DNA from: Gemmataceae bacterium
Lineage (GTDB): Bacteria; Planctomycetota; Planctomycetia; Gemmatales; Gemmataceae
NCBI GenBank assembly: GCA_009692065.1
Contig: SHZY01000008.1
Coordinates: 10,937-74,936 of the forward strand
Reading direction: 5' to 3'
DNA: 64,000 nt
Shown: positions 11,670 to 21,945 of the stretch, piece by piece
How the letters are laid out: each line of letters opens with the position of its first letter
How positions within the stretch are numbered: the first letter of the stretch is position 1
Made by a program: the position numbers and the translations under genes
Notes under the pieces: generated by a model
What the model saw: only the letters and a program-made list of their open reading frames with translations
Databases searched by the model: none
Told to the model about the DNA's origin: nothing

Positions 11670-12569
11670 ATGCCCGCCGCAAAATCCCTCTTCGACCCGA
11701 CCACGCTCGCCAAGTATGGCCGGCTCAGCCTGATTGCGCGCAACGTCGTCACAGGCTTCCTGAGCGGCGTCCATAAAAGTCCCTACAAAGGCTTCAGCGT
11801 CGAGTTCGCCGAGCATCGCCAGTATTACCCCGGCGACGAGATTCGCCACATCGACTGGCGCGCCTACGGAAAAACCGACCGCTACTACATCAAGGAACAC
11901 GAGGAGGAGACGACCCTGCACGCTCACCTTCTCGTCGATGCGTCCGGCAGCATGGCGTACCGCGGCGCAAGCATCAGCAAGTTTAAGTACGCGCAATATT
12001 TGGCTGCATCGCTGGCGTATCTGATGTTGCACCAGCGTGATTCGGTTGGGCTGGTAGTCCACGATCACGTGGTGCGGACGATGTTGCCGCCGCGTTCCAC
12101 GTCCAAGCAGTTACTGCAAATTCTGCACGCCCTCGAAAAAACCACGCCGGGCGGCGAGACGCAACTCGCACCGATCTGGGACCGCCTTGCAGGGCAACTA
12201 CGTGCTCGCGGCATGGTGGTGATCTTCTCCGATTGCTTCGATCAGGTGAGTCACCTGGTCCACGCCCTGCGGCATCTGCGCCATCGCCGCCACGAAATTC
12301 TGCTTTTCCACATCCTCGCGCCGGAAGAGATGAATTTTCCGTTCAAGCGGCACACCCAGTTCCGCAATCTGGAGATCGCGAATCAACTGCGCATGGTCGA
12401 TCCGGGGGCGATTCGCTCCGGTTATCTGCAGAACTTCGAATCCTTCCGCCAATCGCTGCGCGTGCAAGCATCGAACCTGCAAATCGACTATCATCTAATG
12501 AGGACCGATGAGCCGGTGGACCGCGCCCTGGGCGTTTACCTGATGAAGCGGCTGGCGCGGCGGTTCTGA
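11670..12569 (+). CDS. DUF58 domain protein (MoxR partner)
   Basis: Typical DUF58 block YPGDEIRHIDWRAYGKTDRYYIKEHEEE, immediately downstream of moxR. Confidence 0.85.
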   Translation: MPAAKSLFDPTTLAKYGRLSLIARNVVTGFLSGVHKSPYKGFSVEFAEHRQYYPGDEIRHIDWRAYGKTDRYYIKEHEEETTLHAHLLVDASGSMAYRGASISKFKYAQYLAASLAYLMLHQRDSVGLVVHDHVVRTMLPPRSTSKQLLQILHALEKTTPGGETQLAPIWDRLAGQLRARGMVVIFSDCFDQVSHLVHALRHLRHRRHEILLFHILAPEEMNFPFKRHTQFRNLEIANQLRMVDPGAIRSGYLQNFESFRQSLRVQASNLQIDYHLMRTDEPVDRALGVYLMKRLARRF

Positions 12570-12571
12570 TT

Positions 12572-12631
12572 TACGCCGCTTGCGATCTAGCGCTCGCTCG
12601 GCGCCTTGCGAGCGCTAAGCCGCAAGCGGCC
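12572..12631. repeat. REP-like hairpin (CGCCGCTTGCG-CTAGCGCTCGC-GGCGCC-GCGAGCGCTAAG-CCGCAAGCGG)
   Basis: Starts 3 nt after the DUF58 stop, with a GGCGCC apex. Confidence 0.7.
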
Positions 12632-12649
12632 GGGACCAACGACACTCCA

Positions 12650-14842
12650 ATGAACTTCCGCCTCGAAAATCTGGCGATCCTTTTCGGCCTGTTCGCGCTG
12701 GCGGTGCCGATCCTCTTGCACCTTTTACAACGGCACCGCTTCGACGTCATGGACTGGGGCGCGATGCAGTTTCTGCCCGACAGTAGCGTCGCCCAGCGAC
12801 GGCGCTGGCTTGACGAAATCCTCCTCATGTTTATGCGCATGGCGATGATCGCGCTGATCGTCATCGCGCTGGCAACGCCGGTCTCGACCAGCCCCTGGCT
12901 CGCGCCGTTGCGTGATCGCTCCACGCGCGACATCGTTTTGATATTTGATGGCTCCTACAGCATGGGGGTCAGGCACGCTGGCCAACCAACGCCGTGGGAA
13001 GAGGGGGTGCGGACAGCCAAAGCACACCTGGAGCAAGCGACCTACGGCGACCGCTTCGCCATTGTCATCGGCCGGCAGCCGCCGCTAGTTTGGCAAGAAG
13101 ACTTCAGCAGCGACATGAGCGACTTGCGCGCCAAGCTCGACGCCCTGCCGGCGCCGCGTGGCAACCCGGATATGCCCGGCACACTTTCCGAAGCGTGGAA
13201 GCACCTGCAATCACGCAGCAAGGCGACGGCGCAGGAGATCATCGTCTTTACCGACCAGCAACTGCACGGCTGGGCCGACCTCGAAACGCTTTCTGCCCTG
13301 GAAAATCTCGGCAATCAATGGCAATCGGATGGGCAGCGCGCCAACACAAACGGCGACGCCGTTCCTTCACTCCGCGTCGTCAAGGTCGGCGCCGACCTCC
13401 CAAAGTCCATCCCGAATTTCTCGCTCGCGCCATTGACAGCCTCGCGTGGCGTTGTCAAGGCAGGCCAAAAGATCACGCTGCAAAGCGCATTGCACCTCGA
13501 CGGTTTCTCCAAGTACGTCCCGCCCCGCAAGTTGAGAGTCGCGATCGATGGACAGCCCGTCAAGGACCTCGCCCTACCGGACAAGATCGATCTGAAACAG
13601 GGACAGATTCCCTTGAGCTACCAGCACCGCTTCGAAATGGAGGGCCAGCACGTCGTATCGTTCCTTCTTGAGGCCGATCAAGCTGACGACGCGCTGACTA
13701 CCGACAACGCGCAGCACATCGTCATCGAGGTCGTCAAGGACCTGCCGATTCTGCTTGTAGACGGCGACAAGAAATTGTCGCCAGAGAGCAGTAGCTTTTT
13801 TCTGCAACGGGCGATGTCGGTCAAGCGAGCCACGCCGTATCTCTTGCTAAAGCCCACGGCAATTCTTCCCGAGGCCGCTGACACAGAGAGGCCGGCGGTG
13901 ATCGTGCTGGCTGATGTGCCTCGCCTTGATGCCGGCGCGATCGACGCGCTGGATCGCTTCCTGGCCGAGGGGGGTGGACTGCTGATCGTCGTCGGTGAGC
14001 GAGTCTCGCGTGAGAAAACATTTTACAACGATCAGCTCTACCGTCAGGGCCAGGGTTGGCTGCCGGCGCGGCTCGCCGAAGTCGCGTCGTCGCAGGACGG
14101 CATGCAGCCGGAGCCGCGCACGTTTCAGCATCCGGCCCTCGAGTTGTTCCGCACCGCGGCGGACGGCGTCATGAACCAGGTGCGCTTCGCCAAATGGTTG
14201 AAGGCGCAGATCGGCGCCAAGGATCGTGCCATGCCGGTCGCCCTTCTTGCGAACGGCGATCCATTCTTGATCGAGATACCGTACAAGAAGGGGCGCGTGA
14301 TGTTATGCACCACGCCGCTCGACCGGCGCTGGGGCTCGACGCTGCCGAATGTCGCGGAGTTTCCCGTGCTGGTCAACGAACTCGTTTACTACCTGGCAGG
14401 CGCCAAGCAGACGGCGAGCACGCTCCGCGATGGCGCCCCGATTCGACTCCCGGATCCAGGCGTCGGCATCTCCCGCTTGACGCTGCACAGCCCAGAAGCT
14501 GCGGCGAAAATCTTCGACGTCAAGAACTGGCCGTGGACGTACCCGAACACCGGCGCTGTCGGCCTCTATCAGGCGCGCGAGGCCAAGGGACGCGCGTGGT
14601 CGTTCGTCGTGCCGCCGGATTTGCGTGAATCCAATCTGACGCGTTGCACGGACCTCGACTGGCGCAAAGTTCGCGACCGCTTGCCGGTGGTCTGGAACGA
14701 CGACGGCCCGGCAGCGCCGTCAATCGGATCGTCGGATTCGCGCCGCGAGGAATTGTGGTGGCTGCTGCTGCTGGGCGTGCTGGGGCTGTTGTGTTCGGAA
14801 GTGTGGATGACGCGCCGCATGGCGCTGGCGCGGGGACTCTAG
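12650..14842 (+). CDS. BatA-N (aerotolerance N-terminal double-TM) domain membrane protein
   Basis: The N-terminus MNFRLENLAILFGLFALAVPILLHLLQRHR is the classic BatA_N motif. A C-terminal TM (LWWLLLLGVLGLLCSEVW) is present. Confidence 0.75.
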   Translation: MNFRLENLAILFGLFALAVPILLHLLQRHRFDVMDWGAMQFLPDSSVAQRRRWLDEILLMFMRMAMIALIVIALATPVSTSPWLAPLRDRSTRDIVLIFDGSYSMGVRHAGQPTPWEEGVRTAKAHLEQATYGDRFAIVIGRQPPLVWQEDFSSDMSDLRAKLDALPAPRGNPDMPGTLSEAWKHLQSRSKATAQEIIVFTDQQLHGWADLETLSALENLGNQWQSDGQRANTNGDAVPSLRVVKVGADLPKSIPNFSLAPLTASRGVVKAGQKITLQSALHLDGFSKYVPPRKLRVAIDGQPVKDLALPDKIDLKQGQIPLSYQHRFEMEGQHVVSFLLEADQADDALTTDNAQHIVIEVVKDLPILLVDGDKKLSPESSSFFLQRAMSVKRATPYLLLKPTAILPEAADTERPAVIVLADVPRLDAGAIDALDRFLAEGGGLLIVVGERVSREKTFYNDQLYRQGQGWLPARLAEVASSQDGMQPEPRTFQHPALELFRTAADGVMNQVRFAKWLKAQIGAKDRAMPVALLANGDPFLIEIPYKKGRVMLCTTPLDRRWGSTLPNVAEFPVLVNELVYYLAGAKQTASTLRDGAPIRLPDPGVGISRLTLHSPEAAAKIFDVKNWPWTYPNTGAVGLYQAREAKGRAWSFVVPPDLRESNLTRCTDLDWRKVRDRLPVVWNDDGPAAPSIGSSDSRREELWWLLLLGVLGLLCSEVWMTRRMALARGL

Positions 14843-14845
14843 CGA

Positions 14846-17266
14846 ATGTTCAAGGTGCCGCTCAATTCTGAAGACACCTTTCTCATCCTGGCGCCGCGCT
14901 GGGCCGATCTCGGTCCGACCTGGCAGATGGCGCTGCTTGCGCTCATTCTCGTGGCGCCCGTCGCCCTGGTCCTGTCGCTCTATCGGTACGAGCTGTGGCT
15001 GATCCAGCGCCGGCATGCGCTCGGTCTGTTGTCGCTGCGCATGCTTGTACTGTTCGTACTCTGGATCGTCGTCGGCTTGCAGCCGCACCTGGCGAACGAG
15101 CGCGTCGAGGAAACGCCCGGCCGCGTGCGTGTCGCCGTCGATCTGTCGGCCAGCATGGACGTCACGGATCGCCCGGGCTCGCTTTCGCGCAAGCAGGTCA
15201 TCGCGAACATTCTCGGTTCCGATGGCATGAACCTGATCCAACGGCTCGCGGAGCGGCACCAGGTCGAGATTATCGGCTTTCATCAGCAGACCGCGGAGTT
15301 GTCGGCGGCGCACCTCTTCGAGCACCTGGCGGACACCAAAAGCAAGCAGGAAACCTTCGGCACGGATTTGCATCAGCCGCTCCTGAAGCTCACGTCGAGC
15401 CGCGAACAGCCACTGCTCGGCATCCTGCTGTTCGGCGACGGGCAGCACAACGTCGGCGCTGCGCCGCTGAGCCGGGCCGACGAGTTGGGTAAGCAACGCC
15501 TTCCCATCTTTCCGGTCGTGATCGGCCCCAGGGAGCCGCCCAGTGATGTAATGATTCTCGATGTGCAGGCGCCAACCAAGGTCTTCAAGAACCTGACGCT
15601 CCCCGTGGAGATTCGCTGCAAGGTCACCAATATGTCCGCCCAGGACATGACCGTTGAGCTGCAATTCGAAGGCAAGCCGGTGTTGCCGGAACATCGGCAA
15701 ACAATCGCGCATAAGGGCAAGGACGATGTCTACAGCGTTCGTTTCCAGGCCAAGATGGAGCACGCCGGCACGCACGGGCTTACGGTGAAGGCCACCAGCA
15801 AGGGGAACCAGGAGATCACGCTGGCGAATAACACGGTGTCGCGCGTGGTCCGCGTCGCTGAAGACAAGGCGAAGGTACTGCTGGTGGATGGCGACGCACG
15901 CTGGGAGTACCACTATCTCGCCAACGCCCTCCTACGCGATCCGACCATCGCCCTGGAGCGTGTGGTCTTCTCCCAGCCGCGCATCGGGCTGCTCAAGGAC
16001 GATCAACTCGACAAGGCCGGCCTGCCAAAATCGAAGCTGCCGGAGCCGAAGGCGGAGAGTAAAGACGCCGATCCGCTGCTGGATTACGATTGCATTCTCC
16101 TGGGCGATGTCGCGCCGGAGCAGTTGCCGATCGGCGATCGCCGCCGGCTGGAGAGGTACGTATCGGAGCGCGGCGGCACGCTGATCTTGGTAGCGGGCAA
16201 TCGCCATCTGCCGCTGGCGTACATGAAGGCGGACAATGTGGAGGGCGATCCACTCGCGAAGATGCTGCCGATCACCGAACCGATGGAATGGCGCAAGGAT
16301 AACGGCTTCGCCTTGCGCGTCACCAGCGAGGGGAAGCTGCGGCCATTCCTGAATCTGAATGACGAGCCAGGCAGCGACGCGTGGGCCGAGTTGCCGAAGC
16401 ATTTTTGGGGCATCGTCGGCAAGCGCAAGCCGGCCGCGTCGGTGCTGCTGGCGCCGTCGCCGGGTCCCGCCGTGACCAACAAGGGCGAGGAAAACGATAC
16501 AGGTATTCTCGTCCAGCAAAACTATGGATTCGGGCGGGTGCTCTTCGTCGGCCTGGATAGCACCTGGCGCTGGCGGTTTCGCGTCGGCGACACGTATCAC
16601 CATCGCTTCTGGGGGCAACTCGCGCGCTGGTCGGCGGCGGAGAAACTGCTGCCCGCAGGCAATCGCCATCTCCGCTACGGCTCGCGCGAGCCGGTCTACA
16701 CGGACGGCCAGGAGGTCGATCTGGCGGTACGTTTGAGCGAGACCCTGCCGCCACTCAAAGGCCCCTCCCCGGCGCGGGCCAAGCTGCATCGCAAGAATGC
16801 CGACGGAACGGAGGAGTTGATCGCTGTCGTCCCGCTGCTGGCTCATCCACGGCAGCCGAATCTGCTCGAAGCGAAAGTGCGCGATCTTGCCCAGGGAACG
16901 TATCGCATGGAGCTGGATATCCCACAGTATCGCGAGCAAATCGCGGCGCCGAGCGACGACAAGGATGCCGCAGTCAAGGGACGCGACCTCTTCCGCATCC
17001 TGCCACGCGAGCAAAAAGAACTGCTCGATCTCTCGACTAACTGGAGCCTGATGCAAAGCCTGGCGGAACGCTCCGACGGCAAGCTGTACACGCCGGAAAC
17101 GGTCGAAGAAATCGTCGAACGGCTGGCGCGGCGGATTGAACGCAAGGAAACTCGCGACGAAACCAAGCCCTGGCAAAACGCGCCGATGGTCTGGTGGTTC
17201 TTCGGAATTCTGCTCGGCTTGCTCACGCTCGAATGGGTTTGGCGCAAGCTGGTGGAGTTGCCCTGA
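14846..17266 (+). CDS. Large membrane protein with a VWA-like MIDAS motif (Bat-operon member)
   Basis: N-terminal TMs, DxSxS motif VAVDLSASMD, and a C-terminal TM (MVWWFFGILLGLLTLEWVW). It starts 4 nt after the previous stop. Confidence 0.65.
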   Translation: MFKVPLNSEDTFLILAPRWADLGPTWQMALLALILVAPVALVLSLYRYELWLIQRRHALGLLSLRMLVLFVLWIVVGLQPHLANERVEETPGRVRVAVDLSASMDVTDRPGSLSRKQVIANILGSDGMNLIQRLAERHQVEIIGFHQQTAELSAAHLFEHLADTKSKQETFGTDLHQPLLKLTSSREQPLLGILLFGDGQHNVGAAPLSRADELGKQRLPIFPVVIGPREPPSDVMILDVQAPTKVFKNLTLPVEIRCKVTNMSAQDMTVELQFEGKPVLPEHRQTIAHKGKDDVYSVRFQAKMEHAGTHGLTVKATSKGNQEITLANNTVSRVVRVAEDKAKVLLVDGDARWEYHYLANALLRDPTIALERVVFSQPRIGLLKDDQLDKAGLPKSKLPEPKAESKDADPLLDYDCILLGDVAPEQLPIGDRRRLERYVSERGGTLILVAGNRHLPLAYMKADNVEGDPLAKMLPITEPMEWRKDNGFALRVTSEGKLRPFLNLNDEPGSDAWAELPKHFWGIVGKRKPAASVLLAPSPGPAVTNKGEENDTGILVQQNYGFGRVLFVGLDSTWRWRFRVGDTYHHRFWGQLARWSAAEKLLPAGNRHLRYGSREPVYTDGQEVDLAVRLSETLPPLKGPSPARAKLHRKNADGTEELIAVVPLLAHPRQPNLLEAKVRDLAQGTYRMELDIPQYREQIAAPSDDKDAAVKGRDLFRILPREQKELLDLSTNWSLMQSLAERSDGKLYTPETVEEIVERLARRIERKETRDETKPWQNAPMVWWFFGILLGLLTLEWVWRKLVELP

Positions 17267-17268
17267 TC

Positions 17269-17952
17269 ATGAACAGCTTCTGGTCGCTCAGCCTGATTCA
17301 CTTTCTCGACTTCTACTTTGCGCTGATGTTCTTTGCGGGTACGTTCCGCCGGCTCGCGCAGTATCAGAGCGTCGCCAAGCTGGTGCTGGCGGGACCCAAA
17401 CGTTGGCCGCACTTGCTCAAGCTCGTCAGCGAATATCGTACGATCTTCTGGACCTGGTCGATGTTTCTGCCGGCGCTCCTGGCTTTGGGGCTGTGGATCG
17501 CCCAGGTGCTGGCGTCGCGTTTCATCTTCCCGGCCGCCGGCAGCAGCGACGACGGCTTGACGGTCGAGCGCCTGCTCGAGTACTGGCCTGCCCTGTTTGC
17601 CGTCCTGCCGTTTGGCATCGCGATGGCGGGCTTCGATGCCTTCAGCCTTTATGTCGTCGGGCAGATCGATCGCGATGTACTTGAAAAATACTTCGACCAG
17701 GCGGAATACTGGTTGCGCTCGCGGACTGCTCACGTGGTGCGCGTCGTTTCGTTCGGCTACATCAACCCACGCCGCATGGTGGCGGAGGAAGTGGAGAAAG
17801 CCCTGGTCGAAGTCGGCGACATGCTCAACTTCACGCTCTGGTGGGTCATCGTCCAGATGGGTCTGCGATTTTCCTTCGGCCTGTCGCTGTGGCTAACCTG
17901 GGCCGTGGCGCATGCCGGATCGTCGGGTGCGGTGAAACTCGCCAGAGTGTAG
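17269..17952 (+). CDS. Integral membrane protein, last gene of the Bat-like operon
   Basis: The ATG at 17269 is 3 nt after the upstream stop. Several hydrophobic helices are present. Family not recognised. Confidence 0.5.
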   Translation: MNSFWSLSLIHFLDFYFALMFFAGTFRRLAQYQSVAKLVLAGPKRWPHLLKLVSEYRTIFWTWSMFLPALLALGLWIAQVLASRFIFPAAGSSDDGLTVERLLEYWPALFAVLPFGIAMAGFDAFSLYVVGQIDRDVLEKYFDQAEYWLRSRTAHVVRVVSFGYINPRRMVAEEVEKALVEVGDMLNFTLWWVIVQMGLRFSFGLSLWLTWAVAHAGSSGAVKLARV

Positions 17953-17977
17953 TCGTCACGCTGCGCGTGACGACTAC
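17949..17977 (+). other. Perfect 13-bp stem hairpin overlapping the stop codon (GTAGTCGTCACGC-TGC-GCGTGACGACTAC); no U-tract
   Basis: Direct reading. It could be an attenuating or terminating structure at the operon end. Confidence 0.35.
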
Positions 17978-18047
17978 ACTCACGGGGAGCCATATAATAG
18001 GGCCAACGATTGCGAATCGAACCGCTACCCGCGAGCGACCGAATTCC

Positions 18048-18716
18048 ATGAAGGACCAGCTCACGCCCGCCGTGCAGGATTACCTGAAGGCCATCCATAG
18101 CCTGGGAGGCGCGGAGCAGTTGGTGTCGCCCATTGACATCGCATCGCAGCTTGGGGTGAAGGCACCATCCGTCACCGGCATGCTCAAGCGTCTGGAGGCG
18201 GCGCGGCTGATCAGTTACGGCGTTGGCCAAGGGGCGCAGCTGACCGATGCGGGCATTGCTCAGGCGCGGCGCGTCATTCGCCGGCATCGGCTTGTCGAAC
18301 TCTTTCTCACGCGCGTGCTCGGATTGGACTGGAGCGAGGTGGACACCGAGGCCGACGCTCTCGAACACGCGATCTCGCCGCGGCTTGAAGCAGCCCTGGC
18401 CGCACACCTGGGCGAACCGCTCGAAGACCCGCATGGCCATCCGATCCCAACGGCGCGCGGCGACCTGCAAAAACGCGACCTCAAACCGCTGCACCATTTC
18501 CGCGCGGGCCAGCGCGTCGTCATCCGCGAAGCGCAGGACGACAATTCCGACCGCCTGCGCCATTGGCAAACCCTCGGCTTGATGCCCGGCGCCATCGTGC
18601 TTTTCATCAGCTATCAACCGCTCGACGACATGTTCAACGTTCAGGTCGGCGAGCGCACCATCCACGTCGGCAGCGAAGGATTAGCTGGCCTGCGCGGCGA
18701 AGTAACGATCGAATGA
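18048..18716 (+). CDS. DtxR/MntR/IdeR-family metal-dependent transcriptional repressor with a C-terminal FeoA/SH3-like domain
   Basis: The ATG at 18048 gives MKDQLTPAVQDYLKAIHSL. It has a winged-helix region, the RRHRLVELFL dimerisation/metal-site region, and a C-terminal FeoA-like tail. Confidence 0.85.
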   Translation: MKDQLTPAVQDYLKAIHSLGGAEQLVSPIDIASQLGVKAPSVTGMLKRLEAARLISYGVGQGAQLTDAGIAQARRVIRRHRLVELFLTRVLGLDWSEVDTEADALEHAISPRLEAALAAHLGEPLEDPHGHPIPTARGDLQKRDLKPLHHFRAGQRVVIREAQDDNSDRLRHWQTLGLMPGAIVLFISYQPLDDMFNVQVGERTIHVGSEGLAGLRGEVTIE

Positions 18717-18717
18717 T

Positions 18718-19284
18718 TCAGGTGCAGGGTGGGTTCGGGTCCAGCGTCAAGATACAGCCCAAGAGCAGCATGCGCAGGAACGGGTTCGGCGGCAGTTCCT
18801 CAGTAAACGTCAATTCGAGACGTGTGTCCTCCTTGACGGCAAAATTCGCCACGCAGCGATTGGATGGGCCCACCATGCGCCTCTCTTGCAGATCCAGGTA
18901 GCCGATCAGCTCGTTTTCACCCGTAACCACGACCTTCCCATTCAAACTTCCAACATGGCGTCCCTCGGCATCATGAACGTCCCAACCGCGAAAAATGCCC
19001 CAGGAACGCGTCAGCGTCATGAGATCGGAAGCGTCCTGCGCCTCATGGACCTCGACGCCAAGTTGGCGCAGCCAGGAGAACCAGGAACCGCGCGGGTCCC
19101 CCACGAATCGGCCGAACCCCAGCGGTTGGCCAGCGCTATCCGTGATGACTCGCGTCCAGGCGAGGCTGCCGTCAACCTGCGCGGCTCGCGCCCAGCCATG
19201 CACCAGCAGTGTGGGATATTCGAGCATTCGCGGCGAAGACCAGGAGACAAGGAGAACAGCAGACAAGGAGTTCAAACCCCTCAT
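18718..19284 (-). CDS. Hypothetical protein
   Basis: 188-aa ORF convergent with the DtxR-like gene; the stops are 1 nt apart. No motif recognised and the start is uncertain. Confidence 0.35.
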   Translation of the reverse strand: MRGLNSLSAVLLVSWSSPRMLEYPTLLVHGWARAAQVDGSLAWTRVITDSAGQPLGFGRFVGDPRGSWFSWLRQLGVEVHEAQDASDLMTLTRSWGIFRGWDVHDAEGRHVGSLNGKVVVTGENELIGYLDLQERRMVGPSNRCVANFAVKEDTRLELTFTEELPPNPFLRMLLLGCILTLDPNPPCT

Positions 19285-19694
19285 CCTCTTCTCCGTGTCT
19301 CCTTGTCTCCCAGTCTCCTTGTCTACTTCTTGTCTAGGGGCGTCGTTTTATTTTGCAAACGGACTTGCCGATTTGCTTGCCCGAACTCAGTGAGGTAGAG
19401 TTTGGCAAGGAACAGAAACAAGGCCTCCCGTCCTGGAGTTGAACGCTTATGGAGTTTTTCGTTTGCGCCGCGGCGGCATTGTCCGTGGCTCTTCTCTTTT
19501 ACTCGTGGCGATATTATCGGCATAAGACCGGCGAACGCCAAAAGCAACTGCGCGAGCGGGTGACCTATATGCTGTGAGTCATGGCGAATGGCGCGCCCGA
19601 GCAACCATGATCGGCGGGTGGGTTCACACGCACCCTACAAGGCCAGGCTCTGCGAGCGCACCGGGTTTGCAACTCCATAGCGGGTCAGTTTGCC

Positions 19695-19756
19695 GTAGGT
19701 CAGCCTTTCTAGCCTGACGTTTTGCTGGTCCCGTAAGCGTAGAAAGGCTGACCTAC
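19695..19756. repeat. Hairpin GTAGGTCAGCCTTTCT ... AGAAAGGCTGACCTAC
   Basis: 16-bp perfect arms in the 580-bp gap upstream of hisF. Confidence 0.6.
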
Positions 19757-19865
19757 AGGAAACTGATCCATCCCCTGGGGCCCCGTCCTTTTGCCCTTCC
19801 ATCCTTATCAACTATAATGACCTTACCCTTCGCGGCAGCCGTGGCGAAGGCGTGAGGAGTCACGC

Positions 19866-20636
19866 TTGCTCTCCAAACGTATTATTCCTTGCCTTGATGT
19901 GGATCGTGGACGAGTCGTCAAGGGCATCAATTTCCTCAACCTGCGCGATGCCGGCGATCCCGTCGAGGTGGCGCGGCGGTATGAAGAAGATGGCGCCGAT
20001 GAACTGGTTTTTCTCGACATCAGCGCCAGCCACGAAGGTCGCGACATCATGCTCGACGTGGTGCGCCGCGTGTCCGAAGAGATCTTCATGCCTTTCACCG
20101 TGGGCGGCGGCATCCGCACCCTGGAAGACGCCACACGCTTGATCCAGGCCGGCGCCGAAAAGGTCAGCATCAACTCCGCCGCAGTCCGCAATCAGGACCT
20201 GGTCGCGCAAGTTGCCGGAAGATTCGGCCGCTGTGCGACGGTGGTCAACATCGATCCACGTCGAGTCCAGAAAGACGGCCGTACGATCTGGGAAGTATAC
20301 GTCAACGGCGGCCGCATTCCGACCGGCCTGGAAGCGGTGGCCTGGGCGCGGCGCGTCGAGGAACTTGGCGCCGGTGAGATCGTCTTGACGTCAATGGATG
20401 CCGACGGGACCAAGGCTGGCTACGACCTGGAAATGACGAAGGCGGTTGCTCAGGCCGTGACGATTCCCGTGGTCGCCAGCGGCGGCGCGGGCTCCCCGGA
20501 GCACGTGCTCCAGGCGTTGACCGCGGGATTGGCCGACGCCGCCTTGGCTGCGAGTATTTTCCACTACAATGAATATGGCATTCGGGCCACCAAGGACTAC
20601 CTCGCCCAGTGCGGCGTGCCGGTGCGTTTGACATGA
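19866..20636 (+). CDS. hisF: Imidazole glycerol phosphate synthase cyclase subunit
   Basis: Motifs [16 protein letters not shown] and [15 protein letters not shown] start. Confidence 0.95.
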   Translation: MLSKRIIPCLDVDRGRVVKGINFLNLRDAGDPVEVARRYEEDGADELVFLDISASHEGRDIMLDVVRRVSEEIFMPFTVGGGIRTLEDATRLIQAGAEKVSINSAAVRNQDLVAQVAGRFGRCATVVNIDPRRVQKDGRTIWEVYVNGGRIPTGLEAVAWARRVEELGAGEIVLTSMDADGTKAGYDLEMTKAVAQAVTIPVVASGGAGSPEHVLQALTAGLADAALAASIFHYNEYGIRATKDYLAQCGVPVRLT

Positions 20637-20738
20637 GGCTTTCCCTCTGAGATAATCAGCGCCGTCGGACCGTGCCACAAATCCTACCGAACTGGCCAGG
20701 ACTGACCGCAGACAAACCGGAAACTCAACCGTTGGAGT

Positions 20739-21938
20739 ATGCCCATGACCATCCGTGGAGTCGTTAAGACGAACGATGCCCCGATCAAAGTCCCGGATGA
20801 AGCAATTCCGCCGGAACTAAAAGTGCCACCGCAGGAAGTCAAGAAAGAACCCGAAGCCAACAAGCTCTTCCGCATGTGCATGAAGATGGAAGCTTCGGAC
20901 TTGCACTTGAAGGTCGGCCAACCACCGATGCTGCGTCTGCGCGGCGACATTCGCCGCATGGAAATGCGCCCCTTGACGCAGGCCGACATGGAACGGCTCA
21001 TGTACCCGACTCTGGCGCCCAAGCATCGCAAGATCCTCGAGGACGAAGGGGGCGTGGACTTTTCCTACGTCGTCGGGGCGGATGAGGGGCGGTTCCGCGT
21101 CAGCTTGTTCAAGCAGCGCGGCCGGTTGTCCCTGGTCGCGAGGCGCGTCAACAACGTCATCCCGGATTTCAGCAAACTTGGCCTGCCCCCCTCCATCGAA
21201 TCCTTGTGCAAGTACCCGGAGGGCCTGGTCATCTTGGCGGGCGTGACCGGCTCCGGCAAGAGTACGACGATCGCCTCCATGCTTGACTACATCAACGCCC
21301 GTGAACCGCTGCACATCCTGACCATCGAGGACCCCATCGAATTCGTTTTCACCGACCGGATGTCGTACATCAATCAGCGTGAGATCGGCCTCGATACACG
21401 CGACTTTCACAAAGCGCTGAAGGACGCCGTGCGGCAGGACCCTGACGTGATCCTCATCGGCGAGTTGCGCGATGTGGAAACCTTTGAAGCCGCCGTTCAC
21501 GCAGCTGAAACCGGCCATCTCGTGTTCGGCACGATCCACGCCGCCAGCGCCGGCACGACCATCAACCGCATCCTGGATTTGTTCCCACCGGAAAAGCATA
21601 CCGCCATTCGTCAGGCGCTGGCGAACAACCTGCGGGCTGTGGTCGCACAGAAGCTGATCAAGAGTATCAAACCGGGCAGTTCACGCCTGCCGACCAACGA
21701 GATCATGATCGTGAACCCGACCGTGCGCGATCTGATCCAGAAAGGCGAGGACAAGAAACTCCCCGATGCAATCCGCATAGGGTACCAGGAAGGCATGGTC
21801 GATTTCAACGAGAATCTGCGCCAGCTCTGCGAGCGCAACGACATCACCAAGGAGACGGCGCTGGAATTTTCGCCGAACCCGGATCAGCTGAAGATGATGC
21901 TCAAGGGTATCAAGGTATCGTCCCCCGGCATCTTGTAA
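20739..21938 (+). CDS. pilT: PilT-family type IV pilus retraction ATPase
   Basis: Walker A GVTGSGKSTT, Asp box DPDVILIGELRD, His box TGHLVFGTIHA. It carries an N-terminal extension of about 45 aa. Confidence 0.88.
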   Translation: MPMTIRGVVKTNDAPIKVPDEAIPPELKVPPQEVKKEPEANKLFRMCMKMEASDLHLKVGQPPMLRLRGDIRRMEMRPLTQADMERLMYPTLAPKHRKILEDEGGVDFSYVVGADEGRFRVSLFKQRGRLSLVARRVNNVIPDFSKLGLPPSIESLCKYPEGLVILAGVTGSGKSTTIASMLDYINAREPLHILTIEDPIEFVFTDRMSYINQREIGLDTRDFHKALKDAVRQDPDVILIGELRDVETFEAAVHAAETGHLVFGTIHAASAGTTINRILDLFPPEKHTAIRQALANNLRAVVAQKLIKSIKPGSSRLPTNEIMIVNPTVRDLIQKGEDKKLPDAIRIGYQEGMVDFNENLRQLCERNDITKETALEFSPNPDQLKMMLKGIKVSSPGIL

Positions 21939-21945
21939 AAGGCTC

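Noticed and set aside
14720-17176. Two long minus-strand ORFs (397 and 414 aa)
   Set aside because: Both are antisense to the VWA-membrane gene of the Bat-like operon. They are Arg/Gln/Ala-rich and lack motifs.
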